Assembly (NCBI GenBank): GCA_964016885.1
Contig: OZ024741.1
Location: 233,120,001-233,184,000 of the forward strand
Source of the DNA: Eledone cirrhosa
Taxonomy: Eukaryota
DNA length: 64,000 bases
Direction: 5' to 3'
Shown: one piece after another, positions 44,244 to 56,993 of the stretch
Layout: every line of letters starts with the position of its first letter
Position numbering within the stretch: position 1 is the stretch's first letter
Notes under the pieces: model-generated
Told to the model about the DNA's origin: nothing
The model's database searches: none
What the model saw: only the letters and a program-made list of their open reading frames with translations
Translations under genes and position numbers: made by a program

Positions 44244-44995
44244 ATATACGATATTAATAAATGGAAACTATATTTATAAAACCATATTTATTTCATTATA
44301 CATATTTCAGGGATACCAAATTAAATTATGGTATGCCTTCATCAGATAAAATACAATATATAAGTTTTACAAATAAGCTTTGACGTACCCTTTTAAAGTG
44401 CGACCATTATTTTTGGAAGCCATCTGGATAGTGAATTGTTTATATTATTTTAATAAGTCTTAGTGTTAAGGACAATTAGAAAAAGATTTGATATCTCTCT
44501 GTTGCTTTCCTCTGTTTTTCTTGTTCCTTCCTTTTTTCTTTTTCTTTCTTTCCTCCTGTCTTTATTTATCTCTTCCTTTTTTCTCCATGCATTTCTCTCT
44601 CTCAGATATTTCTCCACGTTTTTTCTTTTTCTTTTTTCTCTCTCTCCGTCTTTTTTCTTTCTCTCTGTCTTTTTCTAATTGTCCTTAACACTAAGACTTA
44701 TTAAAATAATATAAATAATTCACTATCCAGATGGCTTCCAAAAATAATGGTCGCACTTTAAAAGGGTACGTCAAAGCTTATTTGTAAAACTGTTATATAT
44801 TGTATTTTGTCTGATGAAGGCATACCATAATTTAATTTGGTATCCCTGAAATATGTATAATGAAATAAATATGGTTTTATAAATATATTTTCCATTTATT
44901 AATATCGTATATCTACTCCAAATACTTGTCGAGTGTTTTATATCAGTTATAAAAATATTTACTTGTTGTATCCCAACAATTTTAAATAGAACTTT

Positions 44996-44998
<3 letters not shown>
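44244..44998. mobile_element. Fold-back PLE pseudo-LTR pair: ~243-bp arms (44244-44486 and 44668-44912), pyrimidine-rich loop, tail running to (TA)n
   Basis: The arms are near-perfect reverse complements and each contains a hammerhead-like core. Confidence 0.88.
44805..44860 (+). ncRNA. Hammerhead-like motif (antisense copy at about 44296-44350)
   Basis: CUGAUGA-AGGcAUACCA..UGGUAUcCCU-GAAA-UAUG-UA. Stem II is 10 bp with one mismatch. The stem I register is ambiguous. Confidence 0.6.
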
Positions 44999-45052
<54 letters not shown>

Positions 45053-45053
45053 A

Positions 45054-45428
45054 TGAATGTATGTATAGTATATTTGGCAATATACCGTATGTTTAATTAA
45101 AAACATACATTTAGAAGACCATACGCTATCGGTTTTAAAGTACTGACTATGTCACTTACTTCTTTTCGGCGAAAGAAGAGAGAGAAGCTAACAGTCTGTT
45201 TCACGCTGTTTGGCGATCATCAAAGCCATGCACTCCCTGCTTCCGACGAAAAGTATAGAAGCTCGATTTTTATAGAATTCCCAGTAATAATCAGGAGCTG
45301 ATTATACAGAGCGATTGCCGGTCCAGCAAAAATTAGGATTGATGCTCTGAAATAGCAATGTATACGTGAATTTATGTATAGTATATTTGGCAATATACCG
45401 TATGTTTAATTAAAACATTTTGAAGACC
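45054..45428 (-). mobile_element. 313-bp unit with terminal direct repeat and an internal hammerhead (PLE pseudo-LTR or retrozyme-like)
   Basis: TGAAT.TATGTATAGTATATTTGGCAATATACCGTATGTTTAATTAAAA occurs at 45054 and 45367. Abuts (TA)n. Confidence 0.7.
45187..45226 (-). ncRNA. Type I hammerhead motif with U3 core
   Basis: GCU-UUGAUGA-uCGC caaaca GCGu-GAAA-CAGaCUG-UU-AGC. All three stems can be drawn. Confidence 0.65.
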
Positions 45429-45429
45429 A

Positions 45430-46265
45430 AAATGTTTGGTTTCTGTCTTTTAAGAAACCATGCAGCCACTCACCTACTTTTCCAGTTATGCCGAGTCTGT
45501 GTAGTTTGTGTCATATCATTCCGTGGTCGACCTTGCCAAAGATATATCACGTACACATGTGACCTGTCTAGTAGTTGTTTAAGTACCCAGCCATAGTGGT
45601 GTAACAGCTGTGTAAGGCAGCTTCTTCCTGGGCAAAAGCCATGCTGCGTGCTAGTTAGGCGGTCATTTTCCTCGAGGAACGTGATCAGTTTATTTCTGAT
45701 GATTCGTTCCATGACCTTACTGATATGTGACGTCAGTGAAATTGGCCTGTAGTTTTTTGCCTCCGCTCTGTCCTCCTTTATGGTTAGTGCATATTGTGCT
45801 TTATTTTAGCTCTCTGGGTAGTTTACCGCTAACCAAAGAACTTCTGAAGAGGATCGTCAGTGGTTTTGCTAAGGCACGCTTACATGTTTTTAGGAGGACT
45901 GCTGGGAATCCATCAGGTCCAGCAGCTGAGTTTGTTGTTAATTTCTTCTATGGCGGATATCACATCTTCCTCTGTTATGTCTGTGTGGTTGATGGTCACC
46001 ATTTCTTCGTGGAGTGTTGTGGCATCAAAGAAATCCTGGCTTTGTTATTTGCATGTGCCTCAGTGGACGTGTGAACATACTTTTGTACTGTTCATTCAGT
46101 ATTTCACTTATCAGTATTTCACTTATCCCTTGGGGATCCTCGGTTAATGAACCATTTTTATGGAAGAGTGGCCCATTCTTGCAGTGTACCAAGGTAGTTT
46201 ATTTTGCAAATTTAAAGAAGGCCTTATGGTTTTTTTTAATATTTCCTATGGCCCTGGCTAAAAAA
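45430..46265 (-). mobile_element. CR1-type LINE RT fragment
   Basis: Motifs SAAGPDGFPAVLLK, KNYRPISLTSHISKVMERII and QHGFCPGRSCLTQLL. Confidence 0.85.
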
Positions 46266-46269
46266 ATTT

Positions 46270-47640
46270 GACTTAGAAAAATATACTGAACCTTTTACAC
46301 CTAGAACACCTAGATTTAATCTGAAGGATCATAAAACAGATATCCAATATAACCCTACTATCAGGTTAATTTCTCCCTCCACTTCGGATATAGGTATAAG
46401 TAAAAAGATAATTGACAGAGTAATCCCACAAATTAAAAATAGAATAATGTTAAGTCTCTGGTGTAACATTACTGATGTTATCAATTGGTTTAAAAATTTA
46501 AATAATTCCTGCAATTTGACATGAATAACTATTATGACTCTATCTCTCCCTCTCTCCTCGATAAAGTTTTGTCATTTGTTGCTGATCTTACTGACATCAC
46601 TCAAATTGAAATAGATACAATTTTACTAACTAGAAGAGCTATAATAAAATTTAATGGGATTCTCTGGACTAGGAAGGATCTCCCGAATAATTTTGATGCC
46701 ACTATGGGTGACTCGGCCCAAATGACTGATCTGGTTGGACTATTTATTCTAGATAAAACTTAAGGCCAAGTTTCCTGCTATCGTGGGGGGGGGGGTTGTA
46801 CCGCGACGGAGCTCTCTTTCCCTTTGAAAATTATGCTAACTCAGCTTTAGAGAGAGTTCGGAAATATTTACACAAGTACTTTAAAAAATATAATTTAACG
46901 GTTACAATTGATAATAATGATAGGGATTGTTAATTTTTTAGATGTCATTCCTTCCAACCATACCATAAACCTGGTTCTATTAAAAAATCAATAATTATTA
47001 ATATTGCTCATAGAATAAGTACTCTTTTGGCGAATATTGATGTTTTTAATCAGAATACTAATTATTATAATGAGGCCTTACATAGATCAGGATACAAATA
47101 AAAAATAAAATATAACGTTACTGATAATTGAATTTATGATAAGGTTTATATTTTAAATGTACAATTCCAAGGAATGGCAATAAATTTACATATTGTTTTT
47201 ATAATAATAGAAAGAAAAGAAAAATAAGAATGCTATGTCTAAACTTGATAATTCGTCTAAACCAACTATTAACCTTATAAATGACAACTTTAAACTAAAC
47301 TTAATTGATAAAGTAGGTAGTAATATAGATGAAGTGTATCATCTATATTACTACCTACTTTATCAATTATAATGTAAGGCATAAATTAAGAAGGAAAAAA
47401 TGCATCTGGTATAAACCTCCATTCGGTTTTCTGGTCGCTTCTAATATATCTAAGTTTTTCTTTGATATAGTCGAAAAGAATTTTCCTCCCAATCATAGAT
47501 ATTGTAAGATGCTAAATAGAAATAATGTGAACTAGTCCTTTTCTACAACCCCTAATTTGGCGGATTACATAGCAATGACTAATAAAAAGAAACTTAATTC
47601 CTTTAGAGTAAATAGATTTATGACTAATACTAGACCCCTA
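46270..47640 (+). mobile_element. Decayed PLE (Hydra-like) RT-to-linker fragment
   Basis: Motifs LKDHKTDIQYNPTIRLISPSTSDIG, FDATMG, YRDG and WYKPPFGFLVASNISKFF..FPPNHRY. Confidence 0.8.
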
Positions 47641-47669
47641 GAAATAATATAGGTGTTAGTACCACTAAG

Positions 47670-50535
47670 CTTGGAGGTTCGTAGATGTTGTCGGAGGGAT
47701 ATGATGCGACACTCAAATGCAGTCTAACATCAGTCTGGACTGATGTTAGGCCTATGTCACTGTTGATGTGAAGGTTTCCGGTGTTGTTTAGGATTTTTCG
47801 GGTTTTAACATCAATTGCTCGGATTTTGTCTATCGTCTATTCGGGTATTCCAAACATTGGTGTTAGGACAGGCACAGCAAACACATTGTGAGTCACTGTT
47901 TTGTTGTGCACAGAGAGTTCCGATGACCATATTTTTCTTAATCGGGTGTAATATACCCTGGTTACGCGTTCGTTATTACAGATACCATTATAGGATATAT
48001 TCGCATCTATCCCCATGTATCTGTAGCAGTCCGCGTCAGATATCGGTGAAACAGTTAGACAATTGATAAAAATGTTGCTAGATTGGGTTGTAGTTTTTTC
48101 CCCGCTTTACATTTATCTTGGCCAAACTCCATTCCTATATCATTTGAGAACGTTGCAACCAGGTCAAGATTTTTCTTTATCCCATTTAGGTTCTTGGTAT
48201 AGAGTTTCAGGTCATCCACAAAGAAATTATGGGTTAAGTTCTTATTTCTGTCCTCCTGTGAGCCAATGATGTATCCTTTACATTTCTAGACCATAAAGGA
48301 CAAGGGGTGTAATGACAGGATAAATAGTAGCACAGAGAGACTGTCTCATTTAAATATACCCCAGTGATATTCTATGTTATCAGTGAAAATAGATCCTCCT
48401 TCTGTTTTTAACTTTAAGATAGTAGAAAAAGATAGCTATTCTGTATCTCTGATAATAGTGTCTGGGACTTTAGCAAGTCGAGGGCCTCTATCATCCAAAA
48501 GTGTGGAACAGAATCAAATGCTTTCCTGTAGTCCAGCCAGACTGTAACCATATTCCTCCTAAGTTGTTGCACCTCTGGCATCGTAGTTTTATTAACAAGT
48601 TGTTCAACACACACCCAAACTTCTTTCTTCCTAGCTGCTTGCTCATCTGTGATAATGTTATTACTGTCGCAGTGATCTTGGAGAAATAGGTTCAGGCAGA
48701 CTATACATTTTATACAGCAGGTCGAAGTGGGTGCCTTTGTTCTTGGGGACCAGTACTGTTTGTGATAATGTCAATCGTTCTGGTATGTGTATCTCCCTTG
48801 AGAGATTGCTGGTAGAGGCCGATAAGATACATCCGATTAAATGTCATTATTTTCGGTGGATTGGCAATATCGGTAGAGGGTCGGACGCCATGCTTTGCAG
48901 CAAAGAGTTACGGCCCTTTATGGTCTGAGTTCAAATCCCGCCGAGGTTAACTTTGCCTTTCATCCTTACGGGGTCGATAAAATAGAGTACCAGTAATACA
49001 CTGGGATAATTTCTGGCCTTGTGCCAAAAGTAGAAACAATTATTTTGTACGAGTAGCTAACAATCAAGTCTCTTCCTGGTGTTTGCTCATCTTGGAATTT
49101 TTCCTATCACAGTCTCAAGAGTATCATCATTTATTTTGTATGTTTTGTTGTATTGTAGAGTCAATAATTCTTTTGGATTTCTTTTAGCCACACTGTATCT
49201 TGGTTGAAATTCTTCTTTTCATCCCATATTTTTCTCCAGAAGGAATCTGTCATTCTGGGATGGTCCATCAGTGGCATCTATTACTTTGCCCTTCATATCT
49301 CTATAGACTGACCTTCGGTTCCGTCTGAATCTTTTATTAATTACTTTTCTTTCAGCTACTCTCTTCTTGTATCGAACTTTCTCGCAGACAGATCTCAATT
49401 CTTGTTTGCATTATTTTTCACTCTTTGTTGGTGAGGAATGAAGTTTTTTGTTTGTTTTTGTTTGCATGTAAGGAACATTGTCATAATCCTGTAGTTTTTC
49501 GTTGGTCCGAAATCTTTTTCTATTTTAGTAATATATGATGGTATTTTTGGTGGTGTTTTGTTCTTGTTAATATCTCTGCTATCACCAAGATAATGCTTCA
49601 TCGTCGTTGCCAGGGTATATAAACAGGCGTCGATTTGCCAAAATGTGAGGTTTTTAATTCGTCGTAAATATTCACCCCCTATTTCGCCAATAGCACGTAA
49701 GAATTCATTGTTGTTTTATTACGTTCAGCAAGAGAAATTTTTAAACATGAATTAATTTCTCTCTGGAAGATTTCATTGAGGGCAAAATTTCAATTGTTTA
49801 TACTTTTGATAATTATTATCGACAGTGTTTCCCACAACAGTCGAGGCAGTCTCAGATGGTACACGTGTCAAATTTCTTACGGGCACAGTTGTTTCAAGGC
49901 ACTGTTCGGTCTGGCTGCTAGGAAGTCTAGTAGCATGGCGACCTGTAGCACGTGTTGTTGATTCCATATTTGTTCTGGGAGACTTACAATTAATAATATT
50001 TTTCTTATTTTTACGTTCAACAAACGCCGCTTGTTGGCGTAATTGTTTGGCTGTGAAATGATTTAGCTCTAGATGTATTTCGTCTGAGTGTAGGAATTGT
50101 TTTCGCCATTTTATAACAATTAAATAAATCATCATTAAGTTTGCAACTCCAAGAGAAATGTGATTTATAATTTCGGTTTCTTCTGTAACTACAACTGAAT
50201 AAATTTTATTTACCTTTCTCATTGATTTTCTCACCGGTTTTCATCGGTAAATTGTTTTCTTTCCTTGTGTTCGGTAAATTGTTCTCGTTCCTAGTGTTCG
50301 GTAAATTGTTATTGTTGATGCTGTGGCCCCATGCTCTTTGTAGCAAATCTTTGTAAAATGAATTATGTATTTAGTCGGATATCTCTACGAATTCGAATGA
50401 AAGGTGTCGTCAGTGGATATAGCTAGAATATCCAGTTATTCAACACGACTGGTAGTTGTGGCATTACTGTCGGAGATAGTATTCATCTTAGATTTAATAA
50501 ATAGTCTCCCACGCCAAAATGTGCGACTGATTGTC
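47670..50535 (-). mobile_element. Decayed R4/Dong family C-like LINE (5' region through RT) with a SINE inserted; 5' end adjoins (TATG)n
   Basis: Motifs WLDYRKAFDSVPH, FTAKQLRQQAAF and YRYMGIDANISY..YYTRLRKIWSSELS. Confidence 0.75.
48853..49040 (+). mobile_element. tRNA-headed SINE (same family as 36952)
   Basis: GGTGGATTGGCAATATCGGTAGAGGGTCGGACG..GAGTTCAAATCCCGCCGAGGTTAACTTTGCCTTTCATCC. Confidence 0.88.
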
Positions 50536-50811
50536 TATATATGTATGTATGTATGTATGCATGCATGTATGTATGTATGTATGTATGTATGTATGTATGT
50601 ATGCATGCATGCATGTATGTATGCATGCATGTATGGATGTATTTATTTATTTATTTATGTATGTATGTATTTATTTATTTATTTATTTATTTATGTATGT
50701 ATTTATTTATTTATGTATTTATGTATGTATGTATACAACCTGGCATTAATAATACCCCTCTCTCCTTAACCTATATTCTTTTTATATTTACTAACTAATT
50801 CTTTCTGCTTT

Positions 50812-50945
50812 TGGCACAAGGCCAGCAATTACCCCAGTGCATTACTGGTGCTTTATTTTATCGACCCCGCAACGATGAAAGGCAAAGCTAACATCGGCGG
50901 GATTTGAAATCAGTACTTAAAGGGCTATAACTCTATGCTGCAAAT
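50812..50945 (-). mobile_element. 5'-truncated SINE of the same family
   Basis: GGCACAAGGCCAG..TTTATCGACCCC..GATGAAAGGCAAAG..CGGCGGGATTTGAA. Confidence 0.8.
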
Positions 50946-51313
50946 TATTCTTGAACCGACAGGCACGTTGTGTTCTTGAGGAAAGCGCTTCAGTTTAAGA
51001 TGCTTCTGTGAACCCATTTGAAAATGAAGAGCAGTCACTGGGGATTAGATTCATGTCCTCACCAAGAGGATTTTTATACTCTCACTCATTTAACGTCAAT
51101 GAAACTGAGATAAGCTCCGGTCTGATGAGCTTTAATGCTTGGAAACCGCTTTAACTTTAAGCATAATGTCCAGAATTGTATTTTCAGTCGGTGTCTAAGG
51201 AGGAGAATACAATCTTGTACATTTTTTTGTCATTTAGGTCGAGTTCTCCTTGTGATCCTTTAATTATAGATACCTAGACACACACACACACACACACACA
51301 CACATGCACACGC

Positions 51314-51407
<94 letters not shown>

Positions 51408-51594
51408 GGGTGGTACATATACACATGTGTGTGTGGCGTGTATATTCTAAGTGAGTACGTATGAGAGTGCATTTTTGTGTGTGTTCACGTGTGTATGGGA
51501 AATTGTATAAGATGTTTGGGTGTATGGGTACGAGGTAATATTACAAGTCATGGGTAATGTGATTAACTGCTTTCGGTTTCTTTTACAACTACAG

Positions 51595-51739
51595 TGTACC
51601 TCCTTCTCCACATCTGAACTGAAGGTGTTTCACTTCAACCGAGGAAGCATTGGTGTTATTAAGGGATTTGCCTTCTACTCTACATCAATCGGTACATTTG
51701 TAATCAGTCTGTCAACCATCGAGCGTGTGGAAACCCAAG
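51595..51739 (+). CDS. LRR protein, second coding exon
   Basis: ctacag acceptor, phase 0, matching the previous donor. Encodes CTSFSTSELKVFHFNRGSIGVIKGFAFYSTSIGTFVISLSTIERVETQ (two LRR-like units). caag|gtttgt donor, phase 1. Confidence 0.82.
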
Positions 51740-51835
51740 GTTTGTAGTTTTTATTATATAATTCCTTTCTCTTTCATACAGCCTGTGTAAGTCTATGTAT
51801 AAATATATATATATATGTGTATGTGTGTGTGTGTG

Positions 51836-51880
<45 letters not shown>

Positions 51881-52299
51881 GCACTCATATATATATATTA
51901 AAAAAGTGGCCTTCCTTCTTCAAGATGACGTGTTACAGTAACATTACTGTACAACTACCACTATGGTGTGGAAACTCATGGGTAACCTTTTGGATGTTGC
52001 ATGTATTGACAATTGCCTCTCTATTATTGACAAAATGCGCTTCCCTTTGGTATTCGTTGTTATTGTTATTATCTTTTGCAATTGGCTATTATGCTGATAA
52101 AGTTTTATTTATGGTGTGTCCCACAAATATCTTAACTATTTCTCGCATCATCGAATGTATAGGGACTACTTCAAAACTGTTCGACTTGTGTCGTCTAAAC
52201 GCAAATCCAAATCTTCAATGTGCTACTAAAAATTAATATATATACTGATTATGTATAGACATATATGCTTCTATATATAGCCTATAATATAGATATATA

Positions 52300-52367
<68 letters not shown>

Positions 52368-53127
52368 ATATAGGGCTTTGTATATATGCATATACGACAT
52401 ATTTATACACAATCAGCATATGAGATCCTTACTATCAACGAAAAAAATCATTTTTTATTTTTTACTCTTTGATATCTCACTAGCGTTGAGAATGTCACAC
52501 CAGTTTTACGATTCGTTAATCTCTCATCAGCTACATTCACTCAAGAGGTACTGTGTTGAAAAGAGTCTAAAACCTATATATATTTTGCAATAAGGAAGCT
52601 ACATAAACGGATCAAGTAACATGTGACAATGGGAGCCTCTTCCGTTCAAAAATAACATGACAGATGCCGTCATTGACATCAAAAACATTGAAGACATAGA
52701 AGCGACAAAAAGTAATATGGGACATTTAAGGTTTAAGGAAGCCATTATCCTCAGCAGAATAATATAAATGATAGGTCAGAGGGTCAGAAATGCACGGGGT
52801 AGAATTGTTACTGTAGCCAACCCCCGTATACGCATCAATTTTGCAAACACATTTAGGGAAGAATTTCTGAAATCTCTGATCGCTTGCTTGTTTTGTCTTA
52901 GACTGTTTGAGCTTCGTATCTGAAAAGAGGCTATTAGCCCTTAAATATCACGCGTAAAACATTACTTGTTTTGTTTTCTTTCATTTGTCATCATTTGCCC
53001 TTTATAGTTTTCTACTGCATTGTACTGGCTTTAATAAAAAAAAAAAAAGATCGGTCATTTACTACATATCTCACAATACTTCGTATTAACTACACTAATC
53101 TCTGTCTCTCTCTCTATATATATATAT

Positions 53128-53588
<461 letters not shown>

Positions 53589-54598
53589 GCATGGTATTTA
53601 GAAGACGAACGGAACGGAAAGTAGAAACATCCTGACTATGAATCTCTAACTCACAAACCACAGTCACTACCTCTTTATACACCTCACGTCTCACTAAGAA
53701 TACTTAACTTTTATAAAGTCTTCAATATAGAAAAGCTGTATCATTAACATCAAGTAAGCTACCAAAGAAAAGTATCCCTGCCTGCATTTCTACCACTCAC
53801 CCACCTATATATCTCTACCATATCAGATCTTGCACTTATAGCATCCAAATTTCCTTAACAACTATTTTCTAATTACTTTTAAGTAATAAATAATTTAGCT
53901 TCCTTCATGTCATTATACCAAAAGAAAAGGTTTATTACCCCTTTGCAGTCTCTCAACACACCTAAACTCTAATAAATATTATCCGTTTCTTAAGCGCATT
54001 TTTTTTACAGAAAGAGAATTAAACAAATTCAACAATTTCACTGGGTCTGCTTGACTTCCTCGGTGAATCACGTGTATGCAGAAAATGTAATATTAATGGA
54101 ATAAAAACATTTTGTATAATCCAATCTCATCCCACGGACTGAGTGCTTTACCAAATTCATATATTCATTGCGAAATTTACCAACATTATATATGTAGATA
54201 TAAAACATAGAGGTCCCGACATCAAAATATAAAATAATAGGTAAAATGGAGTGGACAATTGGCAGAGTCATTAGAACGACGGATAGAATGCGTTGTGTTA
54301 TTCATTCCAACTTCCTGCACTCTGGGTTCAAATCCCATTGAAGTCAACTATGTTTATCATTTATTCAAGGTTGATAAATAAAGTACCTGTTCAATACTGA
54401 GGTCGATTCTTTCTCTATATCAGTTTATCACCTTCTTGCTCGTTTACCTTCGCTATCTATGGAACAAAATCGGCAGTATTCTGTGTTGGCGAAAAGATAG
54501 GGTCTGCTAGGTTTAAAATCTCGAGACCCGTTGTAATGACATTAACCCAACGCTAAAAAGAATTATGGATCAACGAAATTCATGTATATATATATATA

Positions 54599-54948
54599 TT
54601 TCGTTTCTGAATTTGTTTAGCAAGATTCTTTATCTGAAAACGTGTGTTGAAACCGATATTGTTATACTTTGGGAGGGTCATGTTGCCAATAAGAAACACA
54701 CGCACCAGTTGATTTCACTTCAATTTATTATAATAAATTTATAAATTTAGGAATTTATAAATTTCCGGTTGGTTCCAGAATGTGTGACGAAAGAACTTTG
54801 ACAATATATAAACAACCATCTGGTTGTGGAACCAACCAACCAACCGGAAATTTATAAATTCCTAAATTTATAAATTTATTATAATAAATTGAAGTGAAAG
54901 CAACTGGTGCGTGTGTTTCTTATTGGCAACATGACCCTCCCAAAGTAT

Positions 54949-54953
<5 letters not shown>
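54599..54953. mobile_element. Fold-back pseudo-LTR pair of the 57-kb PLE, between (TA)n tracts
   Basis: 54659-54772 is the reverse complement of about 54840-54953. The left arm carries the same tail as 34460-34519. Confidence 0.88.
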
Positions 54954-54997
<44 letters not shown>

Positions 54998-55758
54998 TAA
55001 AAATTAGCGAGAATCGAATTTCAGCCCATGAAATAACGAAAAAACACTTTCGAATTGTGAGGCAAGCGCTCGATAATTCAAATGAATTAGAGCTTACAAC
55101 ATACGTTAAAGGCCAAACACACTGAGATTGTGGTTAAACTAATTATCCACACAGCGAAGATTCGATCTCCTATTTCGGGTCAAACAGATATACAGATATA
55201 AAAATATATGAAAGCATAAATATATATAATATTTAATATAGAAATAGCTTCTACCCCTGATTGAACTCAGGATACACACACGCGCGCACGCACATACAAA
55301 CACACACACACAATACACAAAGAGTGTGAGAGAGAGAGAGAGAGAGAGAGACATTACATCAGACGAAGAGATTGTAAACCTGGAAGAACCCATCATTTCT
55401 CTAGCTCAGTATATAGGCTATTTTTTCCATAGACATGGAAGGTAAACGACCAAGAAAGTGATAAACAGATATAGAGGAAGAATCGACTTCAGTATTGGAC
55501 CGGTACTTTATTTATCTTCCTTGAAAAACTGATGAGTACAATTGACTTCTGTGAGTTTGAGCACAGAGTGCAGAAAGTCGGAATGAATACCACAAAGCAT
55601 TATATTCGACGTTCTTATGACTGACAATTCTCCACCACTTTTACTTATTCTTTCCTATTTTGAGAGAGCCTCTTTTTTTTATCTCAAATGAAAAGTAATG
55701 GAGTGTGGTTTATTTAATTAGTTATATTATTTGTATATTTATTTATGTCATTCTACAG

Positions 55759-56065
55759 CTTTCAATCGGGCAAACATAGAGACATTTCAAATGATTGGCT
55801 GCAACATATCTGTCATAGAACCAGGTTTGTTTTCCGGAGATATCTATCCACACATCCCAAAACTGAATTTCAAAGGGAACAATATCACCAAATTGGGTTG
55901 TCAGGATATTAGATCAGGTAGGCTGTCTTTTATCGAGAATCGCTTGAGATGTGACAGAGAGCTAGCTTGGCTTTCCCAACACAATATTTCAAAGAACGTA
56001 TGTTACCTACCATCTGGGTTACGCGAAATAACCGCCAATAAGACATACCTGAAAAGTCTCTGCGG
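55759..56065 (+). CDS. LRR protein, third coding exon (LRRs and LRRCT-like cap)
   Basis: ctacag acceptor, phase 1, completing GCT (ETQ-A-FNRANIETF). Contains LNFKGNNITKL and ENRLRCDRELAWL..CYLPSGLR..LC. gg|gtacgt donor. Confidence 0.85.
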
Positions 56066-56951
56066 GTACGTTGTTACTTTTAGATTTTTTATATATCCCA
56101 CTTATACTTTTGATAATGATGATGTTGATATGATGATGGTGATGATGGTTATAGTAGTGGTGGTGGTGGTGGTGGTGGTGGTGATGGTACTGATGATAGT
56201 AGAGATGATGATGATGATCCGTCTGTCTTTCATTCTATGTGTGTGTGTACGTTCTTTTTTGTTTGTGTGTGTTTCTCAACAGTACATCCAGGAAGTCAGA
56301 AAACAAGGTACAAATAATCCCCACTCTCTGGAACAGATGCATGTAAAACAATACACAACAATACGATAGATGTACGGAAAACAGTGGAAGGGAATATAAT
56401 AACCAATACAATACGGTGACGAATATAACGAGAGTATGATAGCAAAGATAGGGTGAAATATTAAAACTTTCGTCTGAAAATGAATACATGGGAGGGAAGA
56501 GAAGAACAAAGAGTGTAATCACATAGGCGGATACGAAGGACAGATGGATAAGAGGGAAATGTTGAGGTTAAAGTAGTTGTGGTCTTGGGAGGAGAATTGT
56601 ATGACAGAGGAAAGGAAAACAGATACGAAAATGTAAGAGAAACAGAGATGGAAAAAAAGGTAATTAGTGTCAGAGAGAGAATAGAAAACAGACAAGGAAG
56701 AATGGCACAGTGAAAATATCATGTTAGTAGGTGAAATAAAGGGTTATGGGTGATTCAGTAATAGTATGTTGTTGAATGAACATAATATCTCTCGAAAGAC
56801 AACATAAACATTAAAATAAGGGCGAAAAAATATTGATACATGTATTGAATTTTTATTAGTTGAAAATACAATTATAAACACAGTTAAATAAATCCGAGAG
56901 GCAAATTAGTTCTGGTTCATTATTTCCCGGATGGCTGGAACAAGTAAAAGA

Positions 56952-56988
<37 letters not shown>

Positions 56989-56993
<5 letters not shown>

